DNA of 64,000 nucleotides, taken from positions 1,848 through 65,847 of the IMG/VR virus record IMGVR_UViG_3300036845_000196, one strand, 5' to 3'. Source of the stretch: a virus (lineage: Duplodnaviria > Caudoviricetes). The notes below the pieces were generated by a model. The model searched no databases. It was not told the DNA's origin and saw only the letters and a list, made by a program, of their open reading frames with translations. Positions 8,267 to 17,875 of the stretch are shown in pieces; the first letter of the stretch is position 1; each line of letters starts with the position of its first letter. Both the position numbers and the translations under genes were made by a program.

Positions 8267-10738
8267 TCAACGCGGCACAACTAACAAGAATTTACCCGGC
8301 CGTGCCCTATCTTCGACATAATCTCGCCCGTCTTTTGCCGTTCTTGCCCCTATGAGTGAACCTTGATGTTTCACCCCACCGCCCTTCGCGCGCTGTTGCT
8401 GCTGTATGCGACCGCCGTTTTGCTGTTGATCTTCTACCCTTGGAACATTCTGCTGCTGTGGCTGGGCGCCCGCGCTGCCTGGCAACTGGATTTGCGGCAG
8501 GCTGGAACCGCGCTGCGCCCCGAAATACCCGGAAGCCCGCGACGCGAGATTACGCAAACCATCGGCCACCCGCTGATTCTTGGTCGCGATCTGGAGCCCC
8601 CGCATCAACTCCGACGGATCGTTGGACGCCAATAACCGCGCCACTTCGCCCGCCGTGCGGCGGTCCACATAGCCCAACGCCGTCTTGGCACCCGTCAGCA
8701 CGCCGTGGCGAATCAGCCCTGACGCCCCACCCGCAAGGCCGGCGCCCGCAGCGGTCCCCGCCGCCTCCAACGTCTCGCGCGGATCACCGCCCGACAGGAA
8801 TGCCCCGCCAGCCCCTCCGGCCAGGCCGGCCTCGATCATCTGCCGCGCCGTCGTCGAATTCCCCAAAGCCTTGCGCGCTGCGTCGAAGATACGCTCGCGA
8901 TTGACGAACGCCTGCATGGTGTCGATGCCCTGCGGCCCGAACACCGCGCCGATGATCTTGCGCTGCTGCGGCGAGTTGAATATCGAATTTGTGATGTCGC
9001 GGTTGTCGCCCGCGCTTTCGGCCTTGCGCGCCAGGGCATCGGCAAACGATTCCTGGAACATGCCCTGTTCGGCCGGCTTCATGTTGTTTACGATGAGTCG
9101 CAATTGTTCCGGGGCGATGGCCTTTCCGTTGGCGTCCTTCCCGCTAAGCGCCTTCACACCGGCATCAATGGCATTGTTGCCACCGAAATACCTTGCTGCG
9201 ACCCCCCGCGCATCGGCAAATTGTGGAACCTGCTTGTCAAGCTCGGCTTTGAGCTGCCCAGCCAAACCACCAACTTGCGCCGCCGCCTGGTTGTCACCGG
9301 TGCGCTGCGCCCGCGAAGCCGCATCGCTCAGATTACGCTGGGCATAATCCCATAACTGCAAATTTGGATATGCCGGAACGCCGGTCTCCGGCTTGTAGGC
9401 ACTCGGCGGCGCCGGCGCCTGCGTTCCCGCACCAAAATCTTGTTCCCTCTGCACTCGGTCCCAAAAACCTTCACCGGACGGCGTCTTTGGCGGATTCTTT
9501 GACCAGATGAAGCGCCCATCATCGGTGACCTGAACGGGAGAATTCATGCCGCCGAAGCCGTCCCGGACCTGCCAATTCTTCCAGTTTGTGATGGCGTCCT
9601 GGAGCGCGCTGGTCACCACTGGCGCCCCCGCCAACCGTTCCAATTCCGGCGACCAGATCGGCCGATCGCCAGCCTGGTACGCCTTGCCGTAAGCCGCCCC
9701 ACGTTCCGCATCGTACTCCGCTTCCAACTGCGCCTTGGTCTTAAGCGTGTTGGCGCCCCCCGGAATAAGGCTGCGCGCCGTCACCCCGGCGCGGTCGTTC
9801 TGCGCCTGAAACCTATCTTGGATAACGCTATTCAACTCCGCGCGGCCTTCCGGCGACGTATTAGCCGCCGACCGCATCAAGGCGCGGGTCGTCTCGCCGC
9901 CCAAATCCATGAGCGACACAGGCTCGCCTGCGGCCTTAGCCGTGGCCCACTGTTGGGGTGTCAAGCCCAAGGCTGTTCCGCCGCTCACTTGCGGATAGTC
10001 GCGGTAGAGCGCCCCTGCAACCCGCCGCGCGGCCTCTTGTGCGGGATCGGTCCAGCCGCGGATCGTCGCCGCGATCGGTTGGCCGATGTAGCCGTAAGCC
10101 GCCGAGCCAAGACGCCCCAGCGCGGTCCCGCCAACCTCGCCGGCCGCGCCACCGACTCCACCTTCAATTCCGCCCTCGACAGCCCCGGTCAAAGCGCCCG
10201 GCAAGCCACCTGTGCCGGCACCTTCCGACGCGCCGCTTGCCGCGCCATATCCCGCGCCAACTTTCATCGCCTGTCCGACGCGCCCTGCAAGTGTGGCCGC
10301 CGCTTCCTCTGGGCCAGCCAGCATCATCGACGCCCCAGCCCCACCCAATTCTCCGGCCCCGTAAGCGTAAGGGTGTTTCGCCTTCATCGCCGTCGTTTGC
10401 TTTTGCAGCGCCGCCATGGTGGCATCATACGCTTGGCTGGCGCTTCCCGGTGTTCCCGTAAAGTGTTCATAGGCCAAGCGCGCGGCGCCGACAGGCATTC
10501 GAATCAGCGGACTGACAAGCGGCGGCAACCCCGAGGCGGATGCCGCAGCACTCCCTTCGTCAGCCCATCCGGCAGTTGCGCCGTGGACAAGACCGGCCGC
10601 CCCCGATTCCAGTATATCCGGATCAGCAGTGGCCGCCGGGGGCGCAGTCGGCGGCTTCGGCGGAATCAAATCGTCATACGTCCCCCCACCCGCCGGGGGC
10701 GGCGAAGCAGCGGGCACCAGATCGTCAAACATTCCCAT
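8267..10738 (-). CDS. internal virion / DNA ejection protein
   Basis: Large Ala/Gly-rich helical protein with N-terminal FDDL/YDDL motifs; position after the nozzle and other ejection genes. Confidence 0.65.
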   Translation of the reverse strand: MGMFDDLVPAASPPPAGGGTYDDLIPPKPPTAPPAATADPDILESGAAGLVHGATAGWADEGSAAASASGLPPLVSPLIRMPVGAARLAYEHFTGTPGSASQAYDATMAALQKQTTAMKAKHPYAYGAGELGGAGASMMLAGPEEAAATLAGRVGQAMKVGAGYGAASGASEGAGTGGLPGALTGAVEGGIEGGVGGAAGEVGGTALGRLGSAAYGYIGQPIAATIRGWTDPAQEAARRVAGALYRDYPQVSGGTALGLTPQQWATAKAAGEPVSLMDLGGETTRALMRSAANTSPEGRAELNSVIQDRFQAQNDRAGVTARSLIPGGANTLKTKAQLEAEYDAERGAAYGKAYQAGDRPIWSPELERLAGAPVVTSALQDAITNWKNWQVRDGFGGMNSPVQVTDDGRFIWSKNPPKTPSGEGFWDRVQREQDFGAGTQAPAPPSAYKPETGVPAYPNLQLWDYAQRNLSDAASRAQRTGDNQAAAQVGGLAGQLKAELDKQVPQFADARGVAARYFGGNNAIDAGVKALSGKDANGKAIAPEQLRLIVNNMKPAEQGMFQESFADALARKAESAGDNRDITNSIFNSPQQRKIIGAVFGPQGIDTMQAFVNRERIFDAARKALGNSTTARQMIEAGLAGGAGGAFLSGGDPRETLEAAGTAAGAGLAGGASGLIRHGVLTGAKTALGYVDRRTAGEVARLLASNDPSELMRGLQIATKNQRVADGLRNLASRASGYFGAQRGSSLPQIQLPGSAGAQPQQQNVPRVEDQQQNGGRIQQQQRAKGGGVKHQGSLIGARTAKDGRDYVEDRARPGKFLLVVPR

Positions 10739-10739
10739 G

Positions 10740-13700
10740 TCACAGCCCGGACGGATCGACGCCGTTGGCGCGCAATCTCTGGATCACGGCATCGCGGGGC
10801 GCACCAGCCTGGATGGCAGCGCGAGCTTCGATCAAGGCCGAGTCTCCGGTGCTGCCGCCCAAACGAGTGATGGCTTCCTGCGCGTGCGGCGAAAGCAACG
10901 TCAACGGCGAGCGCGTCGTTCCCATGCCGCGATTATAGGTATCGCCGACCGCTTCGATGCGGGATTTGAGCAGATCGACCGCCGACTTGACCGCCGCGTG
11001 AAGCGCCTGCGGCGAATCCGCTGAATTCAATGTTTGCTCCCACCCGACGATGTCATGAACGTTACCGCCCGAACCGCGGAACGCCCGCGTCAATTCGTCG
11101 GTCACGGCCTGGCGCTTTGCCATGAAATCTTTTTGCGCCGCCTGGAACTGCGTATCGCCCGTCGCCGACTTTCCGGCCTGCAGCATCGGATTGAGCCAAC
11201 CGAATCGGGTGTTGCCCAGCGGTTCGATGGCCTTGTCGAGCGAATCCAAATGCCCGATCGCCGTATTGAACGAGGTAATGTTTTGCGCCGATTTTCCCGC
11301 CACAAAATCCGCCCGTGTCTTTGCTCGCGCATTGTAGTTCACGGCATCGAACGACGGATCGTACTGCGAGACCAGCCGCAGCATATTTTGCCAATAGGGC
11401 TTGCTCAGTGCAAAGCCCGTCGGAAATGCCATGCGGCCTTCGTCGAGCGCCTTGATCTGCGCCGCCATGTTTGGCTCGAGCGCGCCAAGAACTTCGGGGC
11501 GAATACCGGGCGGCATATCGCCAGCCGTCGGCGACGATGTGCCGGGGAGTTGCTGCTGGCTTGTCGGCACGGATGGACCTGCCGGCGCTGGCGTCATTGG
11601 CGCCACGGGTGCGCCCGTTCCCATCGGCGTGACATGACCGCCAAGCTGCGTTGGATCAATACGGCGGAAGCCCCCAGGCACACTCGGATCGCGCACGGCG
11701 TAAATATCCGTGCCGGTGGACATATCGGTGCCGACCTTGACGGGCTGTTGTTCCTGGCGCTGTGCTTCGCGGTTTCTGAATTCGTTTTCGGCAATCTGTG
11801 CTGCCGTCATCTTGGTATAAGGATCGTTCTCTTTCTTGGTTTCCAGCGCAATCTGATCCTGATGCTGCTTCGCCTCTTGCTTCAATTTCGCAACCGCGAG
11901 ATCGACGTTCTGTTCGTCTTTCTTCAAGCCGGTATAGCTTTGCAAGCCTTGCAAGCCGCCCTCGCCGACAGCCACCCCTGCATATGGCGAGCGCGACGCC
12001 ATCATACCCAAGCCGGCGGCGATCAGTCCATACTTTGCTTCCGGCGAGATACTGTTAAAACCGAACGTGACGCCCTGCGGACGCTTAATATGATCTGCGG
12101 GAGAATCGTCGGTGGCAGCGGGTGGCGCCTGCTGTGGCGCTGGCGGCGGAGTCTGCAAGCCACCTGTCGGCTGCTCATTGTCGAATGCAAGCGTGGTGGT
12201 GCCCAGCCCCTGCTGTTGCGGCGGCGGCGAATCTGTGGGCACCAATCCCGTGTCGGTCAAATTGGCCAGCGCATATTTGGGGTCACGGCCCGCAGCAACC
12301 GGCGAGTAAATGCTGTTGTCGGGATCGGACGCATCGACCGGCGCACCACCCAAGCCAGGAAGCGTCTGGGGAAAATTCTGGGCGATGTAGCTGTTGGCCG
12401 ACAGGTCGTCATCATCTGCGGTCGGCGCACCACCGGAATCATAACCCTTGCGCGGCACGAACGAGGCAAGCCCCAAGCCCGCGCGCACCGGCACGCCCCC
12501 GCGACGTAATTGGATGCGGTTTTGTTTCGGCAGTGCAAGCCCGCCATAGGCCCGCGCGATTCGGCCGCCGCGATTGGCAAGTGCCAACATCGGCAATAGA
12601 TCGGCAATTGAACTCGCGCCAGCGCCTGCTGCCGCCACGTCGCCGGTCGCAGCGGCGTCGGCCGCCAATCCCGCGGTGTCCCCCGCGCCAGACGCTACAG
12701 CATCGGTCCCGTAATCCGCCGCCGTCAGTCCCGGCAGTGGGTTTGCGGCCGAACCGCCAAAGGCGTCGCCGGTAAACGCATTGCCGCCGCCATAAGACGG
12801 GCTATCAGGCAGTGCTTTCCCAAGAAGGTTTTCACCGCCGCTAAAGGCTTTTCCCATCGAAGCGGGAGTCAAACCAGGAATACCGGCCACATTGGTGCCT
12901 GCAGCTTGCGTAGTCGGAGTCTTGGGCGCGGCCGGCGCCTTGATATTCAATGGCGTAATCGCGCCCGCAGTCGGCACCCAGCTTGGAAACCCGTCGCCAC
13001 CGAACGGCGTTGACGGCGCACCGCCGCCCGCTAGTTTTTGAATGCGACCGCCGCGATTGGCAATCGCGCCCAGAGCCGCAATGCCCAACCCAGCGGCCTG
13101 CGTATATGGATTTGGCGGCGGCGGCGTTGTGGTTGACGTGCCACCCATGGCACCCCCAAGACCCGTAAGCTCGCCAGTTTCCCAGCCGAGGGTTTGGAAC
13201 GGATAGGCCAGCGCCTGCATGTACTGCTGATAAGCCGCCGTATCCTGCGCCTGCTGTGTTTGCTGTTCCAGCGTTCCGGCGCCGACTTGGGCGTTGGCGC
13301 CCGTCAAGCCCGCATTCTCCAACGATGTTCCGGTTGAGCCAAGACCATAAGCGACTGCTTCCGGGTTTTGCTGAAATTGTTGCTGCGCATATTGGACGGC
13401 CTGATTGTAGCCAGTGTTTTCAAGGCCAGCAATGGTTGGCGCCTCTTGCGCCTGCTGTTGTCCGGCGAGTACCGCCTGTGCTACCGCAGTTCGGTCGCCG
13501 CCGAGCGCACCCTGCGATGCGGCGTTGCCAAGCACTTGCTGCTGTTGCTGTGCGTTCGTGTTTGCGAACTGATTTTCGGTCGCCTGCACGACCTGCTGCT
13601 GATAAGGGCTGTAATACTGTTGAACTTGTTCCGGCGTCAGCGGCTGACCCGCGCTGGTCAACATACCACCGGCCTGCTGCAGATACGGAATGGCGCCGTA

Positions 13701-13886
13701 GGCGTTGCTGTTGATGCCAGCGATGCCAGTCGCCTGCTGTTCATTGGTGGGCGCAACAAGTTGGCCACCGAACGCCTGATATGGAGTAGACCCTGCTGCC
13801 TGAATCTGCGGCAGCAAATTGTAATACGCCGACATCGCCGCCGGGTTGCCGGATGTTTGGGTCGTGGTCGATGTGTTCTTTCCCAT
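10740..13886 (-). CDS. internal virion / DNA transfer protein
   Basis: Gln-rich N-terminus (YYSPYQQQVV, GALGGDR) typical of podophage ejection proteins; 1048 aa. Confidence 0.65.
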   Translation of the reverse strand: MGKNTSTTTQTSGNPAAMSAYYNLLPQIQAAGSTPYQAFGGQLVAPTNEQQATGIAGINSNAYGAIPYLQQAGGMLTSAGQPLTPEQVQQYYSPYQQQVVQATENQFANTNAQQQQQVLGNAASQGALGGDRTAVAQAVLAGQQQAQEAPTIAGLENTGYNQAVQYAQQQFQQNPEAVAYGLGSTGTSLENAGLTGANAQVGAGTLEQQTQQAQDTAAYQQYMQALAYPFQTLGWETGELTGLGGAMGGTSTTTPPPPNPYTQAAGLGIAALGAIANRGGRIQKLAGGGAPSTPFGGDGFPSWVPTAGAITPLNIKAPAAPKTPTTQAAGTNVAGIPGLTPASMGKAFSGGENLLGKALPDSPSYGGGNAFTGDAFGGSAANPLPGLTAADYGTDAVASGAGDTAGLAADAAATGDVAAAGAGASSIADLLPMLALANRGGRIARAYGGLALPKQNRIQLRRGGVPVRAGLGLASFVPRKGYDSGGAPTADDDDLSANSYIAQNFPQTLPGLGGAPVDASDPDNSIYSPVAAGRDPKYALANLTDTGLVPTDSPPPQQQGLGTTTLAFDNEQPTGGLQTPPPAPQQAPPAATDDSPADHIKRPQGVTFGFNSISPEAKYGLIAAGLGMMASRSPYAGVAVGEGGLQGLQSYTGLKKDEQNVDLAVAKLKQEAKQHQDQIALETKKENDPYTKMTAAQIAENEFRNREAQRQEQQPVKVGTDMSTGTDIYAVRDPSVPGGFRRIDPTQLGGHVTPMGTGAPVAPMTPAPAGPSVPTSQQQLPGTSSPTAGDMPPGIRPEVLGALEPNMAAQIKALDEGRMAFPTGFALSKPYWQNMLRLVSQYDPSFDAVNYNARAKTRADFVAGKSAQNITSFNTAIGHLDSLDKAIEPLGNTRFGWLNPMLQAGKSATGDTQFQAAQKDFMAKRQAVTDELTRAFRGSGGNVHDIVGWEQTLNSADSPQALHAAVKSAVDLLKSRIEAVGDTYNRGMGTTRSPLTLLSPHAQEAITRLGGSTGDSALIEARAAIQAGAPRDAVIQRLRANGVDPSGL

Positions 13887-13891
13887 CTAAA

Positions 13892-14599
13892 TTATCCATT
13901 CACCACGAGCGGCAGCATCGGCAGCGGCGTGGTGGTCATCATTGCACTGGTGAGTGCAGGCAGAAGCTGCGCCACATTATCGTTGTCCTTTGGCGTCTTT
14001 CGTTTGATGAATTTTTCAATCATCGCCCAGCCCCTGTCGGCATCGCCGTCGCCCAAGCGCACCAAGGTTTCCTGCGGCACGTAACGAGCGCCACGTGGCA
14101 TCTTGTCTTTTTCAAACATTGCCGCCCATACAGCCGGGTTTGTCTGTTCATTGGACCACTTCGCGTTATAGACAAAGATCACGCCTGCCGGTGAGCCCAA
14201 CTTGCGGCGATAGAGCCGTGTCTTTGCTTCAAGTTTTTCATTTGTGAGGATGCCGGTCACCAACGGCAGACCGAGCGCCTTGGCGCATTGTTGATTGAAC
14301 GCAATGAGATCGTTGTGATGCGACGAATGACGGAACTGTGGCTTAACAAACAACAACAGTTCTTCAAGGTGGTAGTGGTCATCGTACCAAATTGTTGTGA
14401 TGAGAATCACCGTAGCGGCTTCGATGCCGTTCGGCCCGTCAATCACACCGATGATGCCGCCGCGTTTCTCGAACGCGCGATGCAGCATTTCGGTCACCAT
14501 TGCGTCGTTCATTGCGCCAAGGCCGTTCTCGGCGTGCAATTCGTGGCACAGCGCGAGCAACTGCGGTTCGTCGGCTTTGGTGGCGAGGCGAGGGGTCAT
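13892..14599 (-). CDS. GNAT-like acetyltransferase-fold protein
   Basis: PRLAT.ADEPQL, LEELLLFVKPQFR, RLYRRK; usual position among ejection genes. Confidence 0.6.
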   Translation of the reverse strand: MTPRLATKADEPQLLALCHELHAENGLGAMNDAMVTEMLHRAFEKRGGIIGVIDGPNGIEAATVILITTIWYDDHYHLEELLLFVKPQFRHSSHHNDLIAFNQQCAKALGLPLVTGILTNEKLEAKTRLYRRKLGSPAGVIFVYNAKWSNEQTNPAVWAAMFEKDKMPRGARYVPQETLVRLGDGDADRGWAMIEKFIKRKTPKDNDNVAQLLPALTSAMMTTTPLPMLPLVVNG

Positions 14600-15684
14600 G
14601 ATTTTACTGGCGGCTTTAACTTGGAAAGTGTTTTTTGATGTTCTTTACGCATCGACATGATCCAAGCGTCCAGCGCTTGATGGCCATGCTTGATGTTCCC
14701 ATTTCCAATGGCACGGACGGAATCTGGCCCGATGATGTATTCGCCGCCCGCCACAATCACAGGCACGCCTTCGCCACCGCCTTCGCCGCGCGATCCGCCC
14801 GCATCCATGAGACCCATCGGCTTTGGCGGACGCGGGAGCCCCATTCCGTGACCGATGCGCGGCATACTCGCGCCGCCCGGCGCGGAACCGAACATGCGAC
14901 CAAGCACGCTCATGCCGGCCATCGTATTCCCTTCGCCCAAATGTCCAACCTCTTCTGATGGTACTACGTAGGAACCGCTGGGCACAGAAATTGAGTGACG
15001 GTCTGTTCGTCCCGGCACGGCGCTCATCACCGGACCTGTGTGGAGCATTTCGCGCGACTCGGCCCGCTGATACCAAGGCGGCGATGCCATCCCACCCGCC
15101 GCAAACGCCGCCGGATTCTGATTCTGCGGCACAGTTTGTCCGTTAACAGCCCCAAGCCCCGCCGTCGCTGCCGGCGCCCCACTGAAACTCGCGGGATTGG
15201 CCGGCGTAGTCGGCGCCTGCATCGCCGTCGCAGGCTGCAGCCCCGACACCACCGAAGCCGGCGCTTGAGCAGCTCCGATACCAGCCCCCGCCGTAGGCGC
15301 GGGCTGTGCGCTTGCTGGAGTCGTCGGGGCTTGAATCGCCGTCGCGGGCATCAGGCCAGACACCGCAGGTGGGGATGCGGCTGGAGCCAGAGCAGTTGCG
15401 GTCGGCGCCGGCGTAGCGTTCGTCGCGTTGCCGAGCGGATTGGACCCGTTGGCCGCCGCGCCAAAACCGCCGCCCTGCTGCAAGGCGTTGATGACCGCCT
15501 GCACAGGATCGGAAGTGGTTGCGGCACCGCCCATGTCGCGGTGTTTGGCGCGACGCTGGGTGGCATACGCGACTGCGAGGGCCTGAGCGCGCGATTGAAC
15601 GTGGGGGCTTTTGCCTACCTCATGCATCAATGTGCGGACGTTGCGCTTGAACGAAGAAGGAGTTTCGGAGTGTTCAATTGGCAT
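14596..15684 (-). CDS. virion-associated protein
   Basis: Low-complexity Ala/Pro linker; C-terminal GRTD..VPSGSYVVP and VAGGEYII motifs seen in phage virion proteins. Confidence 0.6.
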   Translation of the reverse strand: MPIEHSETPSSFKRNVRTLMHEVGKSPHVQSRAQALAVAYATQRRAKHRDMGGAATTSDPVQAVINALQQGGGFGAAANGSNPLGNATNATPAPTATALAPAASPPAVSGLMPATAIQAPTTPASAQPAPTAGAGIGAAQAPASVVSGLQPATAMQAPTTPANPASFSGAPAATAGLGAVNGQTVPQNQNPAAFAAGGMASPPWYQRAESREMLHTGPVMSAVPGRTDRHSISVPSGSYVVPSEEVGHLGEGNTMAGMSVLGRMFGSAPGGASMPRIGHGMGLPRPPKPMGLMDAGGSRGEGGGEGVPVIVAGGEYIIGPDSVRAIGNGNIKHGHQALDAWIMSMRKEHQKTLSKLKPPVKS

Positions 15685-16381
15685 TTTTTTCTAACTCCTC
15701 ACGCGCATCATCCACAAGCTGCCAAGGAAGAAGCGTATCCCACCCGCCTTGGAGCAGTCTGGTTCCCGGATCAGCGCCCGTGCGCCCCTGCGCTCCCCTC
15801 TGATTTAGCCATTTCATGTTTTCTACAATAAACGATTCCACCGCCAAATCTTCTTGAGTTGCGCGCCCGTCAACTTTGGTAGCCGCCCACGCATGAACCA
15901 ACAAAATCTGATCGCTCTTTACCCTAACAAACGGCTCTACGGCCACTAACAATTCCACTACCCGCGACCCAGCAAAGCGCCATACCCAAGTTGGACTCCA
16001 ATTTGTCTTTTCTTTCGGCCTATACAAAGACGCAATGTCGCCGCCGCCCACCGTCGCGCTTATCCATTGCAAGAGTTTTAGGTCCGTATTTACAATCAAA
16101 ACTCGCGGGAAAATGCGTCGAGCGCCGCCAGCTTGACGGGCGAATTGAATACAGCCTTCTCCGTCAATTATTCCGGCAAGGTATGCAGCGTCCGTTTGCT
16201 TAAACTGAACGCGCCAGTCGCTACGGTGTCGGCAACTCTCATAGTCCGCCCCCAACAGCTTATAGAGCAAATCGCGCGGCGAAACGGAAGGTGATACGTC
16301 GCCACCGTTTTTCAAGAATTCGCGCAAAGTCGTTTCTCCAAACGGCCTAGACATCACGGTGCATTTCCTCGTGGATGACAT
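15674..16381 (-). CDS. free-standing LAGLIDADG homing endonuclease
   Basis: AAYLAGIIDGEGCI motif, VNTD..LL.WI, PFVRVKSDQ; lower GC than flanks. Confidence 0.85.
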   Translation of the reverse strand: MSSTRKCTVMSRPFGETTLREFLKNGGDVSPSVSPRDLLYKLLGADYESCRHRSDWRVQFKQTDAAYLAGIIDGEGCIQFARQAGGARRIFPRVLIVNTDLKLLQWISATVGGGDIASLYRPKEKTNWSPTWVWRFAGSRVVELLVAVEPFVRVKSDQILLVHAWAATKVDGRATQEDLAVESFIVENMKWLNQRGAQGRTGADPGTRLLQGGWDTLLPWQLVDDAREELEKNAN

Positions 16382-16407
16382 TTTATGGGCTTTCGGTTAT
16401 GGGCATA

Positions 16408-16780
16408 AGTTTGTCTCATTCTCGCATCGTCGCGCGACAACTCAGTGCGGTCACCCACGCGAAAGTGAAACGCTGGATATATCCTTCCACATTCGCAAGC
16501 CGGCTACGAGTTGGCTTCTAGGCACGACTTCAATTTCCTCTATCGCAAACTCGCCCAACAAATTATAGCCGGTCACCGTAAATCGACAGGGATGCGCGGC
16601 CGAAGTGAGGGCAATTCCATCGCGCGGAAACACCAACGATGCCTTGATTGGCATCAGACTCGCCGCGCGCACGATTGCCGGCGCCACAACCAAACTAGCC
16701 GCAGCACCAAAAAAGAACCCGCGCCGACTGAGACTAGTTGACCGCACCGTTATCACTCCGCCCTCGTGACCCAAAACCCC
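16408..16780. mobile_element. Family-B cassette (arms 16408-16454 and 16737-16780)
   Basis: TTTGTCTCATTCTCG..CTCAGTGCGGTCAC and inverted GTTGACCGCACCGTTA..CCCTCGTGACCCAAAACC. Confidence 0.65.
16451..16774 (-). CDS. cassette cargo, twin-arginine-signal-like protein
   Basis: SRRGFFFGAAASLVVAPAIVRA; stop TGA lies in the left arm; start codon uncertain. Confidence 0.55.
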   Translation of the reverse strand: MGHEGGVITVRSTSLSRRGFFFGAAASLVVAPAIVRAASLMPIKASLVFPRDGIALTSAAHPCRFTVTGYNLLGEFAIEEIEVVPRSQLVAGLRMWKDISSVSLSRG

Positions 16781-16789
16781 TACCTGATT

Positions 16790-17347
16790 CTACGGCCCAA
16801 ACCACCCTTGGGCATTGCATATTACGGTAGAAATCCCCGTTGACAACGAGAAAGTGAGTGCTGACCCCACTGCCGTCCGTAGCGGTGTGGGAAACACCAT
16901 AGGCTGAAAGCTCGTGGTGGCCAGAAAGAACCGCGAGGTCGCCAGATCATTGAGGGTCACCACGCAGGAAGCGGTCGCCTGGTTGCTGAACTGCAGGCTG
17001 TTGATGTAGTATCGCGCCGTCGAGATTGCGGCAAAAAGCTGCACTGCGGTCGTCGTCGCCGAGGTTGTGGACGCACTCACCATGATCGAGGTGGCGACCT
17101 GCACCGTCACCGGCAGGATCACCAAGGCCGTCGCGATCGAAACCGGCAGGACGCTCTGGTCCGACGCGATCACCACCGGCAGCGACGTGGCCGAAACCTT
17201 TTGGCCGAGCGTCAAGGCGGTTCCGCTGACTTGCGTCAGGTTCACCGGCACAACCGGGAGCACCGTCGTTCCCAGTTCCTGGCTGATCTGGCCAAGATTG
17301 GTGACCACGTTTTTGAGCGTTGAGTTTACGTCGTCGAGCGACGCCAC
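16790..17347 (-). CDS. putative virion structural protein
   Basis: Thr/Ser/Val-rich beta protein; SLPVVIASDQ motif. Confidence 0.6.
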   Translation of the reverse strand: MASLDDVNSTLKNVVTNLGQISQELGTTVLPVVPVNLTQVSGTALTLGQKVSATSLPVVIASDQSVLPVSIATALVILPVTVQVATSIMVSASTTSATTTAVQLFAAISTARYYINSLQFSNQATASCVVTLNDLATSRFFLATTSFQPMVFPTPLRTAVGSALTFSLSTGISTVICNAQGWFGP

Positions 17348-17348
17348 G

Positions 17349-17501
17349 TCAGAGTGTCCTTTTTTTACTGATCGGGATGTTTGTCACGATAGTGGAAAGA
17401 TTGGTCACCACGTCCTTGAGCGTGTTGTTGATGTTGGCGCAGTCTTGGTTTGGCGGCTGCGCCGTGGTCGCCGTGTTGTTTGGTGGAAGCGGCTGGGCCA
17501 T
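17349..17501 (-). CDS. 50-aa ORF partly paralogous to the downstream gene
   Basis: Manual translation MAQPLPP..INNTLKDVVTNL.. versus VNSTLKNVVTNL. Confidence 0.45.
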   Translation of the reverse strand: MAQPLPPNNTATTAQPPNQDCANINNTLKDVVTNLSTIVTNIPISKKRTL

Positions 17502-17875
17502 CTGGTTAGCTTGGCTACCTTGTCTGTCACGTCACCGCTGGACTTTTACATGCCATGGAGGCCTGGTTCTTTTCCCGCTCGCGCCTCGCCCATTCGTGGG
17601 CATCCTCAATGCGGCCAGATTCTAATTCGTCCGCGAGGACACGCAACCCAGCCGGGGTGATGCACGCAAAGCCACCATCCTCTGTCTTCAGTAATCCCCG
17701 CTTGACCAAACTGAGCGCCACTTTATCTGGAACGATCAACGCACAACTTGGCGACGCAAGAGCCCGCAGCAAACCCCGCTGTTTTGTCCCCAAATGAACC
17801 ATTATCACCCTCTATGGCCGTAAGAATCTCACAGAACTTTCGAGCGCCAAGGTAGCCAGTCTACCCAAACAAACC
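17501..17875. mobile_element. Family-A cassette 2 (arms 17501-17560 and 17810-17875)
   Basis: TGGTTAGCTTGGCTACCTTG..TTTTACATGCCATGGAG and inverted CTCTATGGCCGTAAGAATCTCACAGA..CCAAGGTAGCCAGTCTACCCAAA. Confidence 0.7.
17527..17802 (-). CDS. cassette cargo, winged-helix-like small protein
   Basis: SLVKRGLL....ITPAGLRVL; ends SMACKSPAVT* inside the left arm. Confidence 0.55.
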   Translation of the reverse strand: MVHLGTKQRGLLRALASPSCALIVPDKVALSLVKRGLLKTEDGGFACITPAGLRVLADELESGRIEDAHEWARREREKNQASMACKSPAVT

